Assembly (NCBI GenBank): GCA_965261345.1
Contig: OZ253449.1
Location: forward strand, 1,632,001-1,696,000
Reading direction: 5' to 3'
DNA from: Chloroflexota bacterium
Lineage (GTDB): Bacteria > Chloroflexota > UBA11872 > VXNJ01
DNA: 64,000 bases
The notes under the pieces are model-generated. The model was not told where the DNA came from. It ran no database searches and saw only the letters and a list, made by a program, of their open reading frames with translations. Each line of letters begins with the position of its first letter. Position 1 is the stretch's first letter. The translations under genes and the position numbers were made by a program. Positions 57,040-64,000 of this stretch are shown piece after piece.

Positions 57040-57894
57040 CTAATCGAGCGCGGCCGCGATGACGCGCTCGGCTTTTTCGCGGGCCTCGCGCGCGACCGCC
57101 AACGGGTCGCCCAGGCGAATCTGAGGATTAAAGAGTTCGACTTCGATCGACCCGCGATAACCAGCTGCCACCGTGTGGCGGCAGAATCCGATCAGGTCAA
57201 TTCCCCCGTCGCCGGGCATTACCCGGTCGGAATCGACCAGCACCGCGGGGTCGCCGGCCGGAAAGTCGTCAATGTGGGCGCCAAAGACCCGTCCCTTGGC
57301 CAGCCCGTCGATATCCGAATTGGACTGGCTGGCGCCGAACATATGGGCCGGATCGACCAGCACCCCGACGTTTTCGCGGCCGCTGGCGTCGGCCAGGTCC
57401 AGGCACATCTGGATCCCGGCGCGATAGGGATAAGGCTCGTCCATTAGCTGTTGCGGCCCGAGCCATTCGATCGCCAGGGTGAAGCCGTATTCGCTGACCA
57501 GCCCGCCGATGGCGGCGAGCCGCTCGATTACCTGGATTTCGAACTCAGGGCGGGGTAGATGGGCGCGGTTAGGGACGAAGATCATCAGCTTGTCGCCGCC
57601 GAGCGAACGACCCAATTCGCAGCGTTCAGGCAGGGCGGCCAATTCCTGGGCATATTCCTCGGCGCTGGCGGTTGTCGCGGGCACCCCGCTCATGCCGCCG
57701 GCGAGCAGGCCGTTTCCGGCAAGCAGATTGGCGGTTGCGCCGGCGCCCATTGCCCGGTCGTAGGCCACCGCCTGGGCCAGGCCGATCGTCGTGTAACGGT
57801 AGCCGGCCTGGCCGGCGATTTCGGCCTGCTGCTCGAACGTTAATCCCTGGCGGATAGTTGCCGGGTGAAAGGAGGGGATGAGCGCGGGGTCCAT
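57040..57894 (-). CDS. Sugar phosphate isomerase/epimerase (xylose isomerase-like TIM barrel)
   Basis: LAIEW, VDPAH, HIDD, RVMPGDG, EVE. Confidence 0.85.
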   Translation of the reverse strand: MDPALIPSFHPATIRQGLTFEQQAEIAGQAGYRYTTIGLAQAVAYDRAMGAGATANLLAGNGLLAGGMSGVPATTASAEEYAQELAALPERCELGRSLGGDKLMIFVPNRAHLPRPEFEIQVIERLAAIGGLVSEYGFTLAIEWLGPQQLMDEPYPYRAGIQMCLDLADASGRENVGVLVDPAHMFGASQSNSDIDGLAKGRVFGAHIDDFPAGDPAVLVDSDRVMPGDGGIDLIGFCRHTVAAGYRGSIEVELFNPQIRLGDPLAVAREAREKAERVIAAALD

Positions 57895-58021
57895 ACGTTT
57901 TTGCAATCTTTTGAAGGTGGCGGGCAGGCCGGGAGGCCAAGTGAAATCATTCTAAGGACGCCGGCGGCCCGCCGATCAGGCGCCCCGACTCCTAAACTTT
58001 CTTTAACGAACATTGAGTAAC

Positions 58022-58057
58022 GAGCCGGCAGATCCAACTGACGGCTCTTTTTGTTTT
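58022..58057 (+). terminator. Intrinsic terminator-like hairpin immediately upstream of gatC
   Basis: GAGCCG-G-CAG-ATCCAA-CTG-A-CGGCTC followed by TTTTTGTTTT. Confidence 0.7.
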
Positions 58058-58067
58058 GCGGGGCCCC

Positions 58068-58385
58068 TTGGCAAGTTCCAAAACTCAGCCGCCAACGCTG
58101 ATTCATTCGGACGCGATCGAGCACATCGCTCATCTGGCACGGCTTGAATTGAGCGCTGACGAAAAATCGCGGATGCGGTCGCAGCTGGCCCAGATCCTGG
58201 CCCACTTTGCCGATTTGGCCGAAATCGACACCGAGCGGATCGCCCCCACCGCGATGGTGGTGAACACGAAGTTGCCGCTGCGCGAGGATGAAGTGACCGC
58301 CTCGCTGGACCAACAGCAGGCCCTGGCCAACGCGCCGGAAGAATGGCAGGGATTCTTTGCGGTCCCGCCGGTGCTCGACCAGTGA
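58068..58385 (+). CDS. gatC: Asp/Glu-tRNA amidotransferase subunit C
   Basis: HIAHLARL, LRED, NAP..FFAVP. Confidence 0.93.
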   Translation: MASSKTQPPTLIHSDAIEHIAHLARLELSADEKSRMRSQLAQILAHFADLAEIDTERIAPTAMVVNTKLPLREDEVTASLDQQQALANAPEEWQGFFAVPPVLDQ

Positions 58386-59842
58386 ACGACCTCTGCTCGC
58401 TCAGCCTGGCCCAGGCCCGCGCGGGGCTTGCCGCACGCGAGTTCTCGGCAACCGAGCTCACCCGGGCCTATCTGGACCGCATCGCGGCAGTAGACGGGAA
58501 AATCGGCGCCTATCTGTTGGTTACCGATGAGCTGGCCCTAAAACAGGCTGCCGCTGCCGATGATGCCTTGGCCAACGGGGCGGCCGGCCCGCTTACCGGA
58601 ATCCCGATCGCGCTCAAGGACGTGCTTGCCACCCGCGGGATTCCCACCACCTGCGCCAGCCGAATCCTGGAGAACTTCGTCCCTCCGTTTGACGCCCACG
58701 TGGTCGCGCGCCTGCGGGCGGGCGGGGCGGTTTTTCTGGGTAAGACCAACATGGATGAATTCGCGATGGGTTCATCGAATGAAAACTCGGCGTTCTTTCC
58801 GGTCAAAAACCCCTGGGATCTGGGCCGGGTTCCGGGCGGTTCGTCGGGCGGATCGGCGGCGGCGGTGGCCGCCGACCTGGCGCTTGCGGCGCTGGGGTCG
58901 GATACCGGCGGCTCGATTCGGCAACCGGCCGCCCTGTGCGGGGTTGTCGGCCTCAAGCCAACCTACGGTCGGGTCTCGCGTTACGGTCTGGTGGCATTTG
59001 CCTCATCGTTGGACCAGATCGGGCCAATCACCAAGACGGTCGGCGACGCCGCTACCCTGCTGGAGGGCATCGCCGGACATGACCGGGCCGACTCGACCAG
59101 CCTGGAATTGCCGGCCGAATCGTTTGATTCGGGCTTTGGACAGAGCATCGCCGGTCTTCGCATCGGAGTCCCCAGGGAGTACTTTGCCGACGGCATGGAG
59201 CCCCGCGTCAAGACGGCGGTGATGGACTCGATCGCCCTATTTGCCGACCTCGGAGCCGAACCGATTCCAATCTCGCTGCCCCACACCCGGTACGCGCTCT
59301 CCACCTACTACCTGCTGGCCCCGGCCGAGGCCTCCTCCAACCTGGCGCGCTTCCACGGGGTGCGCTATGGGATGCGGGCGCCAAGCGACGATGTCGACCA
59401 GATGATGGCCCGCACCCGCGGCCGGGGTTTCGGCGGCGAGGTCAAGCGACGAATCATGTTGGGAACCTACGCTCTCTCGGCCGGATACTACGACGCCTAC
59501 TACCTCAAGGCCCAAAAAGCCCGCACCTTGATCCGTGAGGACTTTGATACGGCCTTTGCCCAATGCGACCTGGTGCTCTCGGCAACCTCGCCGACTACCG
59601 CTTTTCCACTGGGGTCGCGGACCGACGACCCGCTGGCCATGTATCTCTCCGATGTCCTAACGATCCCTGCCAACATCGCCGGGCTACCGGCGCTCTCGCT
59701 GCCCTGCGGATTTGCTAAGGGGCTGCCGATCGGCCTGCAGCTCATCGGCGGCCAGCTTGAGGAGGCCAAGCTGCTGCAGGCGGCCAACGCCTTTGAACGG
59801 GCGGCCCACGTGGCGCATTCGGCTCCGGCGCGGGCGGTCTGA
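58382..59842 (+). CDS. gatA: Asp/Glu-tRNA amidotransferase subunit A
   Basis: [43 protein letters not shown]. Confidence 0.96.
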   Translation: MNDLCSLSLAQARAGLAAREFSATELTRAYLDRIAAVDGKIGAYLLVTDELALKQAAAADDALANGAAGPLTGIPIALKDVLATRGIPTTCASRILENFVPPFDAHVVARLRAGGAVFLGKTNMDEFAMGSSNENSAFFPVKNPWDLGRVPGGSSGGSAAAVAADLALAALGSDTGGSIRQPAALCGVVGLKPTYGRVSRYGLVAFASSLDQIGPITKTVGDAATLLEGIAGHDRADSTSLELPAESFDSGFGQSIAGLRIGVPREYFADGMEPRVKTAVMDSIALFADLGAEPIPISLPHTRYALSTYYLLAPAEASSNLARFHGVRYGMRAPSDDVDQMMARTRGRGFGGEVKRRIMLGTYALSAGYYDAYYLKAQKARTLIREDFDTAFAQCDLVLSATSPTTAFPLGSRTDDPLAMYLSDVLTIPANIAGLPALSLPCGFAKGLPIGLQLIGGQLEEAKLLQAANAFERAAHVAHSAPARAV

Positions 59843-61287
59843 TGGAACCCGGCTTCTACACCGTAATCGGGCTGGAAGTCCACGCCCAGCTGCTTACAAA
59901 ATCCAAGATGTTCTGCGGCTGTCGCGCCGACGTATCCGGCCTTCCTCCCAACAGCGCGGTCTGCCCGGTGTGCTTGGGCCTGCCCGGGGTCCTGCCGGTG
60001 GTCAACCGGGCCGCGGTCGAGCTGACGATCCGCACCGGCCTGGCGCTGGACTGTCAGATCGCCCAGTCGACCAAATGGGACCGCAAGAATTACTCCTATC
60101 CCGACCTGGTCAAGTGGTACCAGATCTCCCAGTACGATCTTCCGCTCTGCCTGGGCGGCCACCTCGACGTACCCACATACGACGGCAACCGACGGATTGG
60201 AATCACCAGAGTGCATCTGGAGGAAGACACCGCGCGGATGATTCACGATCGCGGTCCCGGGGGCGAGCAACTCTCGCTGGTTGACGTGAACCGGTCCGGG
60301 GTCGCGCTTATGGAAATCGTCTCCGAACCGGATATCGATTCACCGGACCTGGCCCGCAACTACCTGCGCGAGTTGCGTGACATCCTGGTCCACCAAGGGA
60401 TCTCTTCGGGGGATATGCAGGACGGCGCCTTGCGCTGCGACGCCAACATCTCGATCTGGCCGGTAGGAACACCGCGTGGCGACTCCAAGGTCGAGATCAA
60501 GAACATGAATTCCTTCCGCGCGGTTTTCCGCGCGCTCACCTACGAGGAAAAGCGCCAGCGGCGGGTCTGGCTGGAGACGTCCGCCCCGCCTCCGCAGGAG
60601 ACCCGCGGGTGGTCTGAGCCCCGCGCGGCAACGCTTTCGCAGCGGACCAAGGAAGACGCCCACGACTATCGTTACTTCCCCGACCCCGATCTGCCGCCGC
60701 TGCACGTCGACCGGGGGTGGGTTGAGGAGTTGCGGGCCCGCAACTCCAGCTTGCCGCGGCAGATCCGAGCCGACCTGGCCGAGATCGGCATTGGCGGGGC
60801 CGACGCCGATCAGTTGATCGGCGATCCTGAACTGCTGGGGTTCTTTCATTCCGCCCGCCCGCTCTATCCCGATGCGCGTCGCCTGGCCAACCGGGTACTA
60901 AACGGACTGGTGCAACATCTCCGGTCCGGCGGGCGGACAATAGCCGATGGCAGGGTCAGTCCGCAGGGCTTGGTTGAATTGCTCGAACTTGAGGACGCTG
61001 GCAAGGTCAGTGGACCGATGGCCGCCAAGATTCTGGCCGAGATGGTGGCCAGCGGACAACCGGCGGGCCGGCTGGCGGCATCAATGGGTGAGCAGATTTC
61101 CGACAACGACACCCTGCTGGAGATCGTCCGCCAGGCAATTGCTAACAACCCGCAAGCAGTCGCCGACTTTAAGGCCGGCAAACGGCAGGCGGCCGGATTT
61201 TTGGTCGGTCAGGTGATGAAGGCTTCCCGGGGCAAGGCCAATCCGGCAGTCGTAAACAAGCAGATCGCCGCCGAGCTGTCGCAATGA
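59842..61287 (+). CDS. gatB: Asp/Glu-tRNA amidotransferase subunit B
   Basis: [42 protein letters not shown]. Confidence 0.96.
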   Translation: MEPGFYTVIGLEVHAQLLTKSKMFCGCRADVSGLPPNSAVCPVCLGLPGVLPVVNRAAVELTIRTGLALDCQIAQSTKWDRKNYSYPDLVKWYQISQYDLPLCLGGHLDVPTYDGNRRIGITRVHLEEDTARMIHDRGPGGEQLSLVDVNRSGVALMEIVSEPDIDSPDLARNYLRELRDILVHQGISSGDMQDGALRCDANISIWPVGTPRGDSKVEIKNMNSFRAVFRALTYEEKRQRRVWLETSAPPPQETRGWSEPRAATLSQRTKEDAHDYRYFPDPDLPPLHVDRGWVEELRARNSSLPRQIRADLAEIGIGGADADQLIGDPELLGFFHSARPLYPDARRLANRVLNGLVQHLRSGGRTIADGRVSPQGLVELLELEDAGKVSGPMAAKILAEMVASGQPAGRLAASMGEQISDNDTLLEIVRQAIANNPQAVADFKAGKRQAAGFLVGQVMKASRGKANPAVVNKQIAAELSQ

Positions 61288-61736
61288 CGCTACCGGCCAT
61301 GGACAAGGCCCCTCCGCGCACGGTTCGCGAGGGACTGGAACGTTCGGGCGCGCGCAGGACCCCGCAGCGACTGCTGCTGGCCGACATCATCGACGCGGCA
61401 CCCGACCACCTCGAGGCTCGCGAGATCCACCTCAAAGCGGTTGCCCGCGATTCGCGGGTGAGCCTGAATACCGTTTATCGGACCCTGGCCCTGCTGCAGG
61501 ATCTAAACTTGGTGGTCGGCCATTACTTTACCGAGGAACACGCCCACTTTGAAGCGGCCACCGGGATTGATCACCACCACGTCGTCTGCCGCGGCTGCGG
61601 CAAAGTGCGCGAATTCTCGCCCGGGCTCGCGGAAGACCGCCTGCGCAAACTAGAACTGGCCACCGGCTTTCGCATCGACCGGCAGGAAATCGAGCTGGTC
61701 GGGCTCTGTCCGGCTTGTCAGGCGGCCGAGTCCTGA
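61284..61736 (+). CDS. Fur family transcriptional regulator
   Basis: [26 protein letters not shown]. Confidence 0.92.
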   Translation: MTLPAMDKAPPRTVREGLERSGARRTPQRLLLADIIDAAPDHLEAREIHLKAVARDSRVSLNTVYRTLALLQDLNLVVGHYFTEEHAHFEAATGIDHHHVVCRGCGKVREFSPGLAEDRLRKLELATGFRIDRQEIELVGLCPACQAAES

Positions 61737-61780
61737 CCTTTCGCGGGCGGACACCTCGACCCTAAGCCGGCCGGCCTGTG

Positions 61781-62338
61781 CTAAGTGGTCGCCGAGGCGA
61801 TGAATTCGGCCCGCGTGGAGGCGTTGGTGCGAAAGAGCCCGCGCGTAACCGTGGTAACCATCGAACTGCCCGGGTCCTTGATCCCACGCATCGTCATGCA
61901 CATGTGGGTGCATTCGACCCGCACCGCCACTCCGCGCGGGGACAACACCCGTTCGATCGAATCGGCAATCTGGTTGGTCAAACGTTCCTGGACCTGGGGC
62001 CGCTGCGAGAGGATCTTTACCACCCGCGCGATCTTGCTTAAGCCCACCACCCGGTCGCGGGGTATATAGGCCACGCTGGCGTTACCCACAAACGGCATCA
62101 GGTGATGCTCGCACATCGACTGAACCGAGATGTTGCGTACCAGGACCATCTCGTCGAACGGTTGTTCAAAGGTGGTTTGGAGGACCTCGTCGGGGTCCAT
62201 GGTCAGACCGGCGAAGAGTTCGCGGTACATCCGTGCAACCCGATCGGGGGTGCGGGCGAGCCCGTCGCGATCGGGGTCCTCGCCGATTCCCAGCAACAAC
62301 ACCCGGACCGCCCGGGCCATGCTTTCTTGATCTGGCAT
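61781..62338 (-). CDS. folE: GTP cyclohydrolase I
   Basis: [35 protein letters not shown]; start could be TTG at 62404. Confidence 0.95.
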   Translation of the reverse strand: MPDQESMARAVRVLLLGIGEDPDRDGLARTPDRVARMYRELFAGLTMDPDEVLQTTFEQPFDEMVLVRNISVQSMCEHHLMPFVGNASVAYIPRDRVVGLSKIARVVKILSQRPQVQERLTNQIADSIERVLSPRGVAVRVECTHMCMTMRGIKDPGSSMVTTVTRGLFRTNASTRAEFIASATT

Positions 62339-62440
62339 GCTTGGCGTCCCCCAAAAAGGTCGCTGACCCGTGCCTGGGTCAAGTTGGTTTAGCGCCGCCG
62401 CCAACTTCGGCGGCGATGGCCAACAATCCTAATCGAGGAT

Positions 62441-62809
62441 CTAGCGCCCGGAAGCCTGGCGGCGAATTGTGATGGTGGCCGCCGCCAAAACCGCGGCAAT
62501 CGGGGCCGACGGCTTGGTGATGGCCACCTCCACCGATTCAATCCGCGGCGAGAAATCCAATACCGCGCCGCAGATCCGCTCGCCCAGGTGCTCGAGCAGG
62601 TCTACCGACTGGCCCTCCATGACCTGCTTAACCCGGGCATATAGCGGCCCGTAATCGACCGCCTGGGAAAGATCGTCGGACCGCCCTGCGGCCGAAAAAT
62701 CACCGCTTGCGGTAAGGGTGACATAAAAGCGCTGCCCGAGTTTTTTCTCCTCCGGATGGGCACCGTGAAATGCATGGAATGCCATCTTTTCGAGGCGTAT
62801 CGAGTCCAC
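62441..62809 (-). CDS. folB: Dihydroneopterin aldolase
   Basis: FHG..EEKKLGQRF, SDDL..VDY, LLE, KP.API. Confidence 0.93.
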   Translation of the reverse strand: MDSIRLEKMAFHAFHGAHPEEKKLGQRFYVTLTASGDFSAAGRSDDLSQAVDYGPLYARVKQVMEGQSVDLLEHLGERICGAVLDFSPRIESVEVAITKPSAPIAAVLAAATITIRRQASGR

Positions 62810-62833
62810 CCTAGCCGTCCGTCGGGGGGGTCG

Positions 62834-64000
62834 TCACTGGCGCCGCCAGCCGGTCCCGTCGGCAAGATCTTCGATCACGTACCCCAGCTCTCCCAGCGAA
62901 TCGCGGATCTGGTCGGCCATCGCAAAATTCCTCTCGCGGCGCAGCCGGGTACGCAACTCGACCAGCAGGTCGACCAGGGCGCCGGCGCCGGCGTCGGCGT
63001 CGGTCGGCTCGGCCAGGTCGATCCCCAGGACCGAGATCAGACCCTGGTAAACCGCCAGCGCCAGGTCGCGCCCGCCAGGCGAGATCGCTCCGGCGCAACG
63101 ATTTATTTCGCGCGCCAGATTAAATATCACCGCGACCGCCCGGGTGGTGTTTAAGTCGTCGTTCATGGCCGCGGCAAATTGTGTCCGGGCCAGTTCGGAA
63201 GCGGCCGCCAACTCGGGGTCCTTGGTTTCCTGGCCGGGGGCGGCCACCGCGACCCGCAGCGGACCGCGCAGCCTGGCCAGTCCGGCCTGGGCCTGGGGAA
63301 TCGAGTCGTCCCCGAAGTCGACCAGCGAGCGGTAATGGGTCGATACCAGGTACAGGCGCAAGGCGGCCGGCTCGACCGTACCGAGCAGGTCTTCCAGGGT
63401 CGTGAAATTGCCGAGTGAATGGCCCATCTTCTCGCCACCGGTCCGCAGGATTCCAACGTGGAACCAGCAACCGGCGAACCGCTCGACCCCGAAACCGGCC
63501 TCGGCCTGGGCGCATTCGTTCTCGTGGTGCGGAAAGATCAGGTCGGAGCCACCGGCATGGATGTCGATCGTGGGGCCCAGGTGGGCCATGACCATTGAAG
63601 AGCACTCGATATGCCAACCGGGTCGGCCCGCCCCCCAGGGACTGTCCCAGAAGATCTCGCCCGGTTTGTGGCGTTTCCACAGGGCAAAATCGCGCGGATT
63701 ACGTTTTTCCTCGTCGACGGCCACCCGGGCCCCGGCCAGCTGCTCTTCCCCGCGACGGCCCGAGAGATAGCCGTAATTGGGCCAGCTATCAACCTCGAAA
63801 TAGACGCCGGTCGAGGTCGCATAAGCATGGCCGCGTTCGATTAGTACCGATACGCAATTAATGATCGCTTCGAGGTTGTCAGTTACCCGTGGATACATAT
63901 GGGCGCGCTGAACGCCCAACCGGTCCATGACTGCAAAATAGGCGTCCGAGTTGGTCCGGGCCAGCTCCAGCGGGTCGCGACCCTGATCGCGCGCGCGATC
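62834..64000 (-). CDS. cysS: Cysteine--tRNA ligase (5' part outside the window)
   Basis: DFALWK, SPWGAGRPGWHIECS, DIHAGG.DL.FPHHENE, ADQIRD; frame is open to the window end. Confidence 0.95.
   Translation of the reverse strand, partial: DRARDQGRDPLELARTNSDAYFAVMDRLGVQRAHMYPRVTDNLEAIINCVSVLIERGHAYATSTGVYFEVDSWPNYGYLSGRRGEEQLAGARVAVDEEKRNPRDFALWKRHKPGEIFWDSPWGAGRPGWHIECSSMVMAHLGPTIDIHAGGSDLIFPHHENECAQAEAGFGVERFAGCWFHVGILRTGGEKMGHSLGNFTTLEDLLGTVEPAALRLYLVSTHYRSLVDFGDDSIPQAQAGLARLRGPLRVAVAAPGQETKDPELAAASELARTQFAAAMNDDLNTTRAVAVIFNLAREINRCAGAISPGGRDLALAVYQGLISVLGIDLAEPTDADAGAGALVDLLVELRTRLRRERNFAMADQIRDSLGELGYVIEDLADGTGWRRQ

Noticed and set aside
57910-57930. AAGGTGG as a T-box element
   Set aside because: Lacks the following ACC-GCG and the antiterminator geometry
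1-64000. CRISPR array, cas genes or rRNA
   Set aside because: No regularly spaced repeats with unique spacers, no cas-like proteins and no rRNA-like sequence seen

Overview
GC-rich bacterial chromosome segment, most likely from a member of Chloroflexota. This is an inference from the RecG N-terminal extension, the 'GG..RWGYP..E...QFFQRG' C-terminal repeats and gene order; the LRR-cap surface proteins and GOLPH3-like protein hint at host association. Most of the window is housekeeping: nuoN, moaE, fatty-acid genes (fabF, accB, bioY, fabH, acpP, fabD, fabG, accC), rsmG, lepB, lspA, rluD, tatC, nusB, rpmF, gmk, priA, def, fmt, rpe, rpmB, DAK2, recG, rsmD, coaD, tRNA-His, gatCAB, fur, folE, folB and cysS, with catabolic enzymes interspersed. 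Accessory DNA: (i) an island at about 4.85-9.9 kb with a Fic-HTH gene behind an array of TGGACA motifs, an IS21 relic, a frameshifted rve transposase with long imperfect inverted ends, and a coupled small-protein plus retropepsin-like protease pair; (ii) an IS1182 element inserted exactly into a CTAG stop codon; (iii) two paralogous secreted acidic modular surface proteins that share a leader motif. The most unusual signals are: several conserved genes whose full N-terminus can only be reached from non-canonical start codons (ATA, GTA, CTG); a PriA lacking helicase motifs; several active-site-degenerate enzymes; a terminator directly ahead of gatCAB; and a VOC gene with an in-frame TGA. No CRISPR array or rRNA was seen. 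All family assignments come from motif recognition by eye, not database searches.
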